Position numbers and translations under genes: made by a program. Shown here in pieces: positions 27,201 to 36,900 of a DNA stretch of 64,000 bases. This DNA is from Nemertoderma westbladi (Eukaryota > Animalia > Xenacoelomorpha). The notes below the pieces were generated by a model. The model was not told the origin of the DNA. It was given only the letters and a program-made list of their open reading frames with translations, and made no database searches. The stretch is taken from contig JAUCBJ010007533.1 in the NCBI GenBank assembly GCA_032718475.1, forward strand, positions 1 through 64,000. Reading direction: 5' to 3'. The stretch's first letter is position 1. Each line of letters starts with the position of its first letter.

Positions 27201-29697
27201 AGCAATTATGTAACTCCTAAATGTAGCAATTATGTAACTCCTAAATGTAGCAATTATGTAACTCCTAAATGTAGCAATTATGTAACTCCTGAATGTAGCA
27301 ATTATGTAACTCCTAAATGTAGCAATTATGTAACTCCTAAATGTAGCAATTATGTAACTCATAAATGTAGCAATTATGTAACTCCTAAATGTAGCAATTA
27401 TGTAACTCCTAAATGTAGCAATTATGTAACGCCTAAATGTAGCAATTATGTAACTCCTAAATGTAGCAATTATGTATCTATTTAATCTATTTTCTAGCCG
27501 TTTGTTAAAGATGGTTTAAACGGCAATCAATATATTTACAAAGAACCCCAAGTTACAGGTCTGGCAGTCGTTACTCATCGACTGGAAGCTTTGTACATCG
27601 ATAAATTCGGTACCGGTAAAGTTCGGATGATCTCTGATAGTAAGAAGGTTGGTTGGAAGCTCGATGCTGAAAGTAAATAGGTTATGGAGAGCTAGATACT
27701 GAAAGTAAGTAGGATATGGAGAGCTAGATACTGAAATTAAGTAGGTTAGTAGGTAGGTGGATACTGAAAGAAGTAGGATATGGAGAGCTAAATAATGAAA
27801 GTAAATAGGATATGGGGAGCTGATGTAGATGCTGAAAGTTATTAGAAATTAGATTATGGTGAAATATAAACCATTGCTTTAATTTAAATTAATGTATATT
27901 TAGGTGGACGAGTCGAAGTTGGAACCAGGTTTGGGGTACGTTCAGGTTACCCACGTGTCGCCGTACTTCACCGAGAAAGAACTTTTAGAACGACCAACGG
28001 ATTTTGAGCGGGAACACAATATTCGGAGGTTTTTCTATGAGACACCGTTTACTACCAGTGGGAAAGCTCATGGGCCACTGGAGGAGCAGTGCAAGAGAAA
28101 AACGGTGCTGATTGGTTAGTTTATTTTGTCTTCTGACTATAGTTGATTTAATATTTTGATTGGGTAGTTTATTTTTTTATATTGAACTTTGAACTTAATA
28201 GCATTTGATTGGTTATCGTCTGAAGGTGAGATATTTCATTGGTTAGTTTATGATTGGCTCTAAGATAAAGGTTGTTCAATCATTGATTGTTATCTTGTAT
28301 GTACTAACTACACTAGTTAGTATAATAATGATCAATTAAATTAATATAGTATAAATTTAAACTTCGCACTTTATATTCTTACTATGTAAGAAATAAAGTG
28401 TATCATTTATTTGCTTATAGAGTTTATGTTGTTCATCTAAAGATCTATTTAAATTACATTCTTACTATTTTATTCGTTATTGTTAAATAACCTTAGAGAT
28501 TGGAAGGGTCAAAGATATGATAGTCTGTTTGTGTGAGTGTCTGTCCTGTACATACTGTACACTACATAATTTTTACTTTTCTCCCTTAGAATTACTTTAT
28601 ATTATGATTTTATATATTATTTTCCAGCCTCCCACGCCTTCCCTTTTGTTAAGAAGCGCATCCAAGTGATTTACACAAAGAGTTTCGATTTACAACCGAT
28701 AGACTGCGCTCTCGACCAAATGAAGTCAAAAGTCGACGAGCTTGTTGACGTTGTTTCCATGGAGACACCGGATATGAAGAAACTCCAACTAAAACTGCAA
28801 GGTTGCGTGAGTGCCCGGGTGAACGCGGGCCCTGTAGCCTTCGCCGAAGCTTTCCTAAACGAGAACGTTGTTAGTAATTACCCGAAAAACAAAGTGGAGG
28901 AACTCAGAAACGTGTTTCGGTAAGTTGGCCTCCTTGTAGATAATTAGTTGGGCCACATTAACGAAAATAACAGCTGATTACCCAAAAATAATACTGTAAC
29001 CTGTTCTTTTGAGTGTCGTTTATTGTTTTGGTTAGAATAACGTGCCAATATAACCTGCTCCTTTCCTTATATAACTTACCTTATATAAACTATTAGTACA
29101 TGTTTGTAGAGGATATTTCTTCTGACACCTGTTTATTCTCCCCATATAGTCTGTTTGTTGGAGCGTGCTCCAAGGCACTGATACTTAACTCCAACCTAAT
29201 AAAGGCGGATCAGGCGGAATACCACAGGGAAATGACGGCTGACTTTATCGAAATGGCTGTTAAACTGAGCGAAATAATACACGAACAGGTAAATAATGAT
29301 AGTTCGGAAATGCGAGGGGGGATTTAATGTTATTATGGCATTCATTAGTGACAAAAATGAGAGGTTTGGGACTAATAATTGTTTTTGTTTATAAATCATA
29401 AGGAATGCATTACACTAGTACTTCATTAGGATTCAACTATACAGGTTATTTACCCCGTTATTTGGGTCTGTGTTCAGTCCGCAATGTGATGCTGGGTTCA
29501 TTTTCCAATTCAGAGTGTTCCGGTTGAGCGATGCTGGGTTTCAGTTCCCGTTATATCATTGTGTTATTTCTGTATTATTGTTGCAGTTATTAACAGGCGA
29601 AAGTGATATGGACTCGGATAGCAACCGCCCGGGGGCCAGAGGTTCATGGCATGTATTCTCACAGATATCAACTTCGGTTGACAATACAAACGTATAA
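117..29697 (+). CDS. DOCK9: DOCK-D/zizimin family Cdc42 GEF (DOCK9/10/11-like), 3' part of gene, 17 exons, 5' end outside window
   Basis: GT-AG exons join with consistent phases: 117-299, 1152-1283, 1987-2170, 4667-4860, 6859-6977, 19261-19398, 19748-19930, 20362-20553, 20901-21038, 21291-21461, 21717-21813, 26484-26623, 27498-27647, 27904-28114, 28628-28919, 29150-29288, 29587-29697(TAA). DOCK-type motifs [65 protein letters not shown] (DHR2). Invertebrate co-orthologue of DOCK9/10/11. Confidence 0.93.
341..778. repeat. Intronic minisatellite, ~21-22 bp unit (ATCTCACTAAATCGCCCGGGCT)
   Basis: About 20 slightly variable tandem copies. Confidence 0.9.
1152..1283 (+). CDS. DOCK9: DOCK9/10/11-like exon
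   Basis: ttcAG / GTtagt, phase-consistent, Ser/Thr-rich linker. Confidence 0.7.
1345..1915. repeat. Intronic minisatellite, 17 bp unit (CCACTAAACTGAGCCCT)
   Basis: About 33 near-perfect tandem copies. Confidence 0.95.
1987..2170 (+). CDS. DOCK9: DOCK9/10/11-like exon
   Basis: ctgcAG / GTaagt; RFEKLDNNEAKDILMCFLYICK..FFRLLE. Confidence 0.9.
2213..4290. repeat. Intronic minisatellite, 47 bp unit with 94 bp dimeric higher order
   Basis: Unit GTTAGATTAGCATGAATCTAACTGGTTAGATCAGTGGGTTTCGAGCT alternating with a variant; each unit contains the inverted repeat GTTAGATT..AATCTAAC. Confidence 0.95.
4667..4860 (+). CDS. DOCK9: DOCK9/10/11-like exon
   Basis: tgtAG / GTgtgt; ISIELFQYTGRKQI..RSRSMP. Confidence 0.88.
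5108..6497. mobile_element. Non-autonomous DNA transposon, Mutator-like (9-bp TSD)
   Basis: Imperfect termini GGATCTAGGACAC / GTGTCCGAACACC, inverted subterminal GGACACTTCCCCC arrays, flanking 9-bp duplication GGCTTGAAT (5099-5107, 6498-6506); internal 36-bp tandem repeat at 5348-5500. Confidence 0.7.
6859..6977 (+). CDS. DOCK9: DOCK9/10/11-like exon
   Basis: caAG / GTtggt; [30 protein letters not shown] (not in ORF track). Confidence 0.9.
7130..7700 (-). repeat. 3' LTR of element 1
   Basis: 571 bp, TGT..ACA, adjacent PPT; 7351-7700 matches 18657-19008. Confidence 0.95.
8385..8615 (-). pseudogene. Deleted remnant of the accessory exonuclease gene in element 1
   Basis: 8460-8612 aligns by eye with 48550-48710 of element 2 (cggctgttgta.tacaccgactcgccct.cagcccc.ggtggtctac). 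Confidence 0.75.
8785..9262. repeat. 49-bp tandem repeat inside element 1, core GGTACTACGTACC
   Basis: About 9 copies between the integrase end and the accessory-gene remnant. Confidence 0.9.
9392..10351 (-). pseudogene. BEL/Pao integrase core (DDE), separated from upstream pol by an in-frame TGA at 10364
   Basis: GVDMFGP, YSDNGTNFVGA, GSVERLV, INSRPL, LTPSHFL, W.RW..EYL, W.LARV; same frame as 10364..14602. Confidence 0.93.
10364..14602 (-). pseudogene. BEL/Pao gag-pol (gag core, aspartic protease, RT, RNase H, IN zinc finger)
   Basis: FDG..EY..F gag motif, Cys/His knuckles, protease LVNSGA (catalytic D to N), RT FYVDD, RNase H FSDAS..AYGA / PKLEL / WTDS / NPADLLSRG, IN HHCC; small deletions relative to element 2. 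Confidence 0.95.
15417..17296 (-). pseudogene. LINE ORF2: N-terminal APE fragment joined by an internal deletion (near 17010) to RT and C-terminal CCHC domain
   Basis: SWNLCG..DIVFVQE..RGGV (APE); NYRGISI, FVDFSKAYD, GVRQG, LLMDD, YLG (RT); SHRLRVETGRW..C.C...DELH.L..C. Confidence 0.9.
17318..18151 (-). CDS. LINE ORF1 (coiled coil + RRM-like), 277 aa
   Basis: Heptad region, ERQNNIIVSGIP, RPILIRF, VYINKD motifs typical of LINE ORF1p; directly upstream of the APE domain. Confidence 0.85.
   Translation of the reverse strand: MSSSQRKSISIANIDDVRGLSQGQVNNLNNTQLKSALSLYRDNEKSTATSAGVNDSRFSQILEEIKSLRDEVKEITNLKSSIAILQSDLKSACIIINNQQAFIDRMDTTERQNNIIVSGIPDCPASSAIPVDGNTPAAGPSDLEQVREMFNAIGCSDCAMDIRSENLQRIGKQSGAGWSNGNGQPRSRPILIRFSNKSLKFTALKEAKRLNGVDNFKKVYINKDVHPAVRREEGRLRKVVREQRERPENQGVTIRYDYKRRVVLRNDVVIDQFNSPQ
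18657..19008 (-). repeat. Truncated 5' LTR of element 1
   Basis: Matches 7351-7700; joined to gag at a GCCG microhomology. Confidence 0.93.
19261..19398 (+). CDS. DOCK9: DOCK9/10/11-like exon
   Basis: tttAG / GTtagt; GNNRLMDKVFDIYMSFL..QSEVLLKHVYATLR. Confidence 0.92.
19548..19703. repeat. 31-bp minisatellite, about 5 copies
   Basis: ACTGTATTCTAGAACAGACAAATACTAAGGA tandem. Confidence 0.9.
19748..19930 (+). CDS. DOCK9: DOCK9/10/11-like exon
   Basis: ccAG / GTtcgt; FPAVLFKG..CCNS..LMRSNFE. Confidence 0.92.
20362..20553 (+). CDS. DOCK9: DOCK9/10/11-like exon
   Basis: acAG / GTacga; AVSRLL..RFQDSLSMINQFA..IRAVLEAT. Confidence 0.92.
20901..21038 (+). CDS. DOCK9: DOCK9/10/11-like exon
   Basis: acAG / GTataa; [31 protein letters not shown] (not in ORF track). 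Confidence 0.93.
21291..21461 (+). CDS. DOCK9: DOCK9/10/11-like exon
   Basis: ttAG / GTgaga; ATMCYIQQAALI..ISPNID. Confidence 0.92.
21579..21656. repeat. Short imperfect palindrome (MITE-like hairpin)
   Basis: ACTTTACTCTACTTTT..ATGTCAC / GTGACAT..AAAAGTAGAGTAAAGT. Confidence 0.7.
21717..21813 (+). CDS. DOCK9: DOCK9/10/11-like exon
   Basis: ctAG / GTtcgt; LQKAADCLDSSQRYELLGNLYKILIP. Confidence 0.9.
22630..23757 (-). CDS. Intronless divergent 7TM / rhodopsin-like GPCR, 375 aa, nested antisense in a DOCK intron
   Basis: Seven hydrophobic segments, N-terminal NAT sequon, TM3 end LALSIEGY (DRY position), TM4 Trp, TM7 IINLLFF followed by helix-8-like PNIKDAVR. Confidence 0.75.
   Translation of the reverse strand: MTHPESNATNYIFDKPPYGADTLFLGICNLIFGVTIAILSMLLWVAYHYAYQRNPQTTRKSLTEYLKIQICIANTGIGSGSTCKAISIFLNETDDSQLILFWLEFVYVLTMTSGVSTILCINLALSIEGYIWTTSPKQRYRDLTSSFKIRLYLSIVWTAGTSYGLFAIMYQYSELDTPMRTNLVVIFASLAFCMSLCIATIVVWELGLQKYDIIAAEIRQELFESDENMAQRSSSCISNESELQEVSRAFKINSYISLVYLILLTIFHIIMVVKAVTTNKDYSMATYLSSLSITAASLIINLLFFIYDPNIKDAVRNTLRCRFVGGHVSAPKNLVRNRSSQPIRDVVMETDVDSSGLIQTEVGEEQIPKPELNVS
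24897..26194. mobile_element. Non-autonomous TIR element (possibly PIF/Harbinger-like)
   Basis: Inverted termini GGGCGAGTGTGAATA / TATTCACATTCGCCC, with many ACGATTAATCGT subterminal palindromes at both ends. Confidence 0.65.
26314..26450. mobile_element. Small palindromic MITE
   Basis: About 50-bp imperfect TIRs TACATACTTGT..CTTTACAGTG..GTGGCTTT / AAAGCCAC..CACTGTAAAG..ACAAGTATGTA. Confidence 0.7.
26484..26623 (+). CDS. DOCK9: DOCK9/10/11-like exon
   Basis: ttAG / GTtggt; [24 protein letters not shown]. Confidence 0.93.
26958..27476. repeat. 24-bp minisatellite (TGTAGCAATTATGTAACTCCTAAA), about 21 copies
   Basis: Near-perfect tandem array ending just before an acceptor site. Confidence 0.95.
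27498..27647 (+). CDS. DOCK9: DOCK9/10/11-like exon
   Basis: ctAG / GTtggt; YIYKEPQVTGL..RLEALYIDKFG..MISDS. Confidence 0.93.
27904..28114 (+). CDS. DOCK9: DOCK9/10/11-like exon (DHR2)
   Basis: ttAG / GTtagt; [32 protein letters not shown]. Confidence 0.95.
28628..28919 (+). CDS. DOCK9: DOCK9/10/11-like exon (DHR2 catalytic lobe)
   Basis: ccAG / GTaagt; [33 protein letters not shown]. Confidence 0.95.
29150..29288 (+). CDS. DOCK9: DOCK9/10/11-like exon
   Basis: atAG / GTaaat; ACSKALILNSNLIKADQAEYHREM..LSEIIHEQ. Confidence 0.93.
29587..29697 (+). CDS. DOCK9: DOCK9/10/11-like terminal exon
   Basis: tgcAG acceptor; SWHVFSQIS..NV then TAA. Confidence 0.8.
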   Translation, partial: LLTGESDMDSDSNRPGARGSWHVFSQISTSVDNTNV

Positions 29698-30059
29698 TGT
29701 TCAATGCTGCACACCCGTGGACATGTAACTTGTAGAAATCAAGTTTGTTGTTGGAATAGATTATGTTCAGTAAATAACTAACCTAAAACTCTCTTTAGAA
29801 CGAATTTAGCGGAACAAAGATTTGGTGTTTTTAAAACGTAACAAACTCGATAATTTCGGTTGTCTTTCATATGAGATTTTATAACATTCCAAATCATGGT
29901 GCTTTAATTGTGTCGACATTTAATTATAGTTATGTAATTGTTTAATTTAACTTTTGATACAGAAATTAAAATATATTTGTATTTGGTAGCCTAAATTAAT
30001 AGCTGTATTCATTATCTAGAACACATTTGATACGTTATTTAATTTTATTCGATGGATTT

Positions 30060-30271
30060 GGAACTTGTGACAACGCCCAAAACGGTGACAACACTAAAAA
30101 TAAAACAGTAAAATACTAAAATAACTCAAGACAGTGCCCTAAAAAACATTCGGACATGTTTCGCTGCCCATATTGCCGGAAAGACACAGAAAAACAGTCA
30201 CCATCCTGTGACAACACTCAAAACAACACCTTTGTTGTTGTTGTACCTTTTTGGATGTTGTCACAAATTCC
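30060..30271. mobile_element. MITE-like element
   Basis: TIRs GGAACTTGTGACAAC.CCCAAAA / TTTTGGATGTTGTCACAAATTCC. Confidence 0.65.
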
Positions 30272-32131
30272 CTCAGAATTCGATTTATTTGTAAAAATCG
30301 ATGTATATTTATAATACACAGTTTAATATATTTCATAGATATTATGTATAGTTAATTTCTGCTATTTTTTATATTTTACAGTGAAAACCATCGTGTCAGA
30401 TATAAGTGTAATTGTTGTTGTAATTGTATTGTAATACTTTTTAATTCTATGGTGTTGGTTGTTTGAGTGAGTTAACCGTAACATTATTACAATATCAAAA
30501 ATGGTTAGGTTAGGAAATTACAGACAATAAAATAATTGAACTCAGATTATTCGGGCTATCACTCTGTTAGTTCTACTTTAACTTTAACGTTTAAATGTGT
30601 TTTGTATTAATTGGATTTCTGGAATTCTGTAGATATTATCACGAATCTAATTTATAAGTAGTATAGATTGTTACATTAACTCATACAGATTAATTTAATT
30701 AATAGACTTCAATAATAACAATATATATATATTGCCATACGGGATTCCTTAAGTCTGCTGTATAGTGGTAAGATTTTTCCTATTCTTTAAGTGATATATA
30801 CTTTTTGTCTCGATTATACCTTAAAATCTAAATTGCTTAATGGATATTGAAACTTTACTTCCTGGAGCGAAATGTTATTTATTCTTATTTCATCATAGAA
30901 TGAAGCCGAAGTGAGAAGTGAAATTTAAGAATATAATTACAGTGCATAATGAAACTTATGTTACTTTTCGCACGAATATAAACGGTAGCCAAAAAATCCG
31001 GAGAAAAGGGAGTACATACTTTTTACCCTTTAAGGAAAATAGTAACCCTGATGATTGCATTGATTTTACATTTTTCCCGGCGAAAAAGTACAATGTAAAG
31101 TAAGAAGATGTATAAATATTTGTGGAGGAATTTCTGCAACACATATAAACTTATTACTTGTGTTCATAGATCGTCGAAATATATAGAAAAGTAATTTAAG
31201 CAAAATCCATGCACACACTCAAAAGTTCAGATAGGGGGGAAACTGGGCGCAATAAACATTTATCCCTCTCTAGGGGAAATTCGACGCAAATAACAGGTGA
31301 TTTACTCTCAAAAATAAAACTGTAACCTGTTTTATTGTGTTTAGTTTATTGCTTTGTTAAAATAACGTGACACTGTAACCTGCTCCTTTCCCTAAATTGA
31401 GAATTTAACATTGATTAATTCGCATATTAACATATTAATTATTATTAATATTATATTATTATTATTATTACATATTAATTCGCCAAGTATACAAGAAGGA
31501 CAAAAGAACCGCTATAAATCGGAAATAAATTAATTTTAGTGAACTATAAAAACTTTTGAAAATTTTAGCACGACATTTATGTTATTTAATCCATTTTATT
31601 AAGTTGATAAATTCATAATATATATACTGGTGGGGGGGGGGGGGGGGGGGGGGGGATTAATTAAATAAAAGGTAAGTATTTGTATTTTAAATTATATTAA
31701 CATAAAATTATTATTGCTGTGTTATTAATTAGTGTAAATTAGTTTATTTAATTAATTCCCCCCCCCCCCCCCCCCCCCCTCGGCACGCCCCTGGATAGAG
31801 AAAGAGGGGATTAATTCGGAGAAATAAGCGATTAATCAGATGGCACCAGCCAATAGTAGAATAGCTGCCCTCCTTATTGGTCAGGGCAGTAATCATAAGC
31901 CTCCTAATGGTCTATTTAATAAATACACCGTATTATTCTAGAACATTTTGTTTATGCCATACGTAGCTGGGCAACAATGCAATATCTTTATAATCATACT
32001 ATTGCGTAGCCTTTCGTACTTAAACAAAGTGTTCCAGAATATTGTTTATTTGTTAAATAGAATGAAATATCCCCGCCAAGGCACAAAACCATGCAACTTT
32101 TGAACTCTCATATCTCAGCTAAGTTCTCCCA

Positions 32132-32308
32132 AGGGTGCTTAGATCGTGGCTTTTCAAGTTAGCATTATTCAATTTTGTATAAAACAAGTGATGTGGTTGG
32201 AGAAACCTGCTAGGGGCTGCTACTAAGCAGCAACCAATCACGTTAATCCTGTTTCACACAATTCAATGAGAATGGAATATTGCTAACTTCAAAAAGTTCA
32301 CTGTTACC
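32132..32308 (+). mobile_element. About 175-bp MITE-like repeat, copy A
   Basis: Reverse complement of 33302-33467; internal inverted repeat AAGTTAGCA..TGCTAACTT. Confidence 0.65.
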
Positions 32309-33301
32309 ATTATTCTAAAGTAATCAGATATTACAGTAATTAAGCTGCTACAGTAGTGTTAGTCAGTTAGTAATCGAGTAAACCATATAATATTATATGG
32401 TACAATAGGCCTACCAGGCATAATATATGCAAGAAAAAAAAACCGTATGTATTATAAGTGGATTAGTTTAATTACAATGATGTAAACTGTAAATGACATA
32501 TTTATCGTTAAGTCTGGTTTAGTAATAAACATACTGTACTTATACAATATCTCATTGAAGTACTTGCTACGTAGTAATATTCAATGTGGGCAAAATACAG
32601 TACAGACAGTACAGTACAGAGTACAAATCCATTATTAAAGCTAGTTAATGTTATTTATTAATTGGGGGAAAGGAACAGGTTACATTGGAAGGTTAGTCTA
32701 ACCAAAACAATAAACGAGAGTTACGAACTCAGGTTACATTTTCTTATTTCGATATTTGCTGTTGTCGGCAGTGGTTGCCGGTTGTCGGCGTAGTGTTTAC
32801 ACCCGTGCAAACGCTACATCCTATCCATTCAATCGGTCCAAGGTCTGTCTGTAGCATTCCCGAAACGGACACGAGAGTAGCAAAAAGAAGTGCTGGCAGG
32901 CTGGACAACGTGGAAATGGTTTAGTTTCGATGTCGGTTCTCCTTTTATCAATTTTTTTTGTGTCTCGATAATGCAGAGGTTGCTGTGTATTTCTTATCGC
33001 ATAAATTACTGTACATTCCACTACTTTTTTAATCGTCTCATTACTGCTCCCATGTAACTACCATGAGAATGAATAAGGCCCGTTTAATGCTTAAAAGTAT
33101 TGAATTAACAAAACCTGCTATTAGGTATTGGCTATTAGATTATTGTTGCTTCAATTCTTAATAATTTGCTTTGCTTTACCTACTGTTTTCGGTATAACTT
33201 GTATAAATAATGAAACAGACAAGGCCAGCAAGGGTAGGGGTAGTGCCTAATAGAATAGTGAATACAGATACTGTACTGAGATATGGAATAATGTCAGAAT
33301 G

Positions 33302-33467
33302 TTAACCTGAACTTGTTCATGTTAGCAATATTCCATTCTCATTGACTATGTGTGTTAAACAGGATCAACGTGATTGGTTGATGCTTAGTAGCAGCTTTCT
33401 CCAACCACATCACTTGTTTTATACAAAGTGGAATAATGTTAACTTCAAAAGCCACGATCTAAGCACC
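33302..33467 (-). mobile_element. About 170-bp MITE-like repeat, copy B (inverted relative to A)
   Basis: Reverse complement of 32132-32308. Confidence 0.65.
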
Positions 33468-33767
33468 AGTTTTTCTCCCAAGGAGACTTCCCTGGGGCAC
33501 ACCTGTGGTCAGATGGTAATAGGCCTACTGTATGTAGTGGAGTAGGCCTAGGCCTGTAGGCAGTAGGCCAAAGTAATTTCTACATACATATTCGCAGTAG
33601 GCTATACTACCGGTATCGGTAGCGAGGCCTGCGTTGTTTTGTTTTGTCTTCCATCTCAATTCTGGTGTCAGCTGGCTGATGTACTGATGTAGAACTGTCA
33701 GACTGTGAACTTGAACTAGAACGAGTGAACTGCACGGTTACTGGTTACGGACCCAGTCCCAGTGGAA

Positions 33768-33948
33768 ATGGCTCAGTCGGATGTTGATCTAAAGTTTCCT
33801 GGTTCCGGTGCCGCTTTGCAATCCTCTCCCCCTGCGAAACGAATTAAGAGGGGTATTAATAATTTCGCGGATGCCGGAGTATCAGAAGAAGATCCACCAT
33901 TTAAATATCCCCGCCTCGCTGAAACCATTCCTGCAAAGTTTCATACAG
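33768..33948 (+). CDS. PCYT1: PCYT1 exon 1
   Basis: ATG at 33768, NLS-like PPAKRIKR, donor GTttgt, phase 1 matches exon 2. Confidence 0.8.
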
Positions 33949-36900
33949 GTTTGTGTTTAAGTTTAACTGCAGAACTGCTGAAATGTTTTAAACCATAATC
34001 ACCATGCTGTCATGTGTTTTATCATCGCTCTAACTGTCTAATTTCGAATTTCCTTAGGCCTATCTATAGACCTACCTGCTACCGGTACCGGTACCGGTAT
34101 TCGTTTCTAACATGCGTTCCAGTCCCTTCCAGATCACCATTTCGCAGTTTTCGTGATCGTGATCATCATGCAGTCCAGCAGTCATGTGTTTTACCGTACA
34201 CCGTAACCGTACAGACAGAAGTGATTTGGGTGTGGTTGTGGTACCGGTACCTAGTCTGCTAGTCTAGCTGTGTGTACAGATACAGACAGACAGACTGACA
34301 GATGTACAGGCAAGAGGCAAGGGTTATCAAGAATTGATTGCAATTTAATTGCATGCTATCAATCAATTAATTGCAATTGGAAATGATATCTGGATATCAA
34401 TCAATTAATTCAGTAATTGCAATTAAAGTCTTGAAGCAATCAATTAATTGTAATCGTGAATTTACAAAATCAATTACACCTATTCAATTAATTGCAATTA
34501 ATTGCCAATTACCGGTATGTAAAAAAGTTGAATATTTACATAATTTCTTTATTATGACTGTCGATTCAATATCAATAATATATCAATGGTTTATATTACA
34601 GTCCATTCTGAACAATCAATATACTGACCAGAAGATTAAAAATCACAATGGGAAATTACTAACTACCCGACTACCGGTAGTTACTACCTAACTTCTTTCT
34701 GTCAAGTATCTCGCTAGTATTATCACAGTTCCGGTACAGGGAACAAGATAACTGCAGAACTGAAATGAACGACTGATGCTGTGGTATGCAGTCAGTAGCA
34801 GTGAGTAGGCCTAATGCTGTAGGCCTAGCCTATATAAGACTGATACTGATAGTTTATTTTACATTGTGTTTGTGTACAGTTTCATGCATTGTACTGTTGT
34901 ATAGTAAGCAATGTAGCCTACAGTAAAACGGTAAGTTACTTACCGTTTTACTGATGCTGCAATTGATTGGCTGTAATTGTAATTGGAATATCTGTAATTG
35001 ATTGGGTTGGGCGATGGACGGAATTAATTGGATAATTGCTTCCAGAGCAATCAATTATCCAATTAATCGCATCCATCACAATCAATTATCCAATTATTTT
35101 GAAACCACCAATCAATTAATTGGGTCAATTAATTGCAATTAATTGTTTGCCCAATTAATTTTTGATAGCCCTTGTGTACAGGTGCAGGGCACCGTACTCG
35201 TACTGCCGTCGTACTGTCGTAGGCCTACGAGCTGTCTGTCTGTACCCAGGCTGCCATGTAGAGATGTACCCTACTGCTGTAGCCTACTGTTTATTTGGTG
35301 TTCTGCGTTCTAGTGTTCTAAAATCTGTAAGCCGAGTTCAGGAGTTCCGGAGTTGTTGTTTTGGTTCTATTTGCTTAATGTATCTATCTGTATTATCTAC
35401 TGCTATCAATGTCTGAATGTCCAACCCACAACATCCAGTAATTATTTTACCAATATCACGCACGCTCTATCATTGTTATTCCCAATAGAACCCGAGTGTG
35501 AGGACCTCCGCTCCCGTCTCCCGTACTCGCCCTGCAGTCTCGAAGCCGCCAAGGCCGGTCTTGTTAACCGGCCTATTAGGGTCTACGCCGATGGAGTTTT
35601 CGATATGTACCACGCAGGCCACGCCCGGGCCCTTCTTCAGGCGAAAACTTGCCTCCCTAACGTCTACCTTTTAGTAGGAGGTATGTTACCTTGCTGTTGG
35701 TCATTGGTCAGTAAGGATGGCACATTTTTGCAAATTCACACTTTTGCTTATAAATCCAGTTTACATCAACCGATTTTAATGGTTGATGGCTCGTTTGGAA
35801 GATTAGAGCGAGCTCTACAACATAGATAAAATCTGAGCTGCACACTAATATTGTATTTTCACTACAAGAAGTCAAGTCATAAAAATGTATACCTTGGTGT
35901 CTACCTTGGGCGTTGCAAAATATAGTCCCCATGAAATAAGCTGCCATACAAAAATATGACTTGAATATCTTGGCCAATATTATATACCAATCGATAGAGT
36001 GGACGTTGCTTCTTCATTTAATCACAAAGGGCACATAAACATGACCCATGGCTTAAAATAACGTCTAGCATAGCAAACTATATAGAATTTCACTTTTTTC
36101 TTTAAAAAAATGGTGTAAAAACAACATCTACAGACTGTCTACATGGTGTCGGAATGCCGCCAAATAAACATTTATTGTAATGAGTATTGATTCTGCTTCC
36201 CAAATTATATCTATTCGACCCTCCAACTTCCTGCAATTTGACCACACAATCTGTTTAAGGAGGGTAGGACACGATTTTGGATAAATATGTATACCCTTGG
36301 AACATAACTTTGACCCTGCCTGTCATTTTCTACAAACGAACGGGTTTATATCGGCACTTACAATTTTAATTACTTCTATAGAGCCCTTTGTGTTGGCCAA
36401 GATAAATTGTCGCTGCCCTTCCCGTTTCTATGATACTGCAGTATATTGGTATACCTTGGTATAAGACGGTATCCCTTGGAATTTGTATCCCTTGGAAGTG
36501 AAAGAGTTTGTTCGTTCCAAGGTAGACATTTTTATACCAAGGTAGACAGTTTTAGCTTATTATACATATTATAATGTTCAAGGTATACTCTATCAGTGTG
36601 ATAAACAATGGGACAGCAATACGCCAAGCTTCTACAATGTTTTCAAGGTATACAATGCAATTAATACACGGCAGGCGTTTAACAGCACCACTACGATATA
36701 CATAATGGGGCCAAGCTTCAACAACGACTCCAAGGTATACAATACAATTAATACACGCTAGGCGTTTAACAGCCCCACTATAGGGATTTCAATCTAGCAT
36801 TCTAGCACGGACCCTAGTTACTGTGATGTGCCACGTATTTAACTCAAGTATCTCCAGGCTTGAAATCAGAATACCGTTATAATTCATTTACCGGTACTTG

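Noticed and set aside
26898-27362. 154-aa (SYIIATFR)n ORF
   Set aside because: 24-bp minisatellite translation
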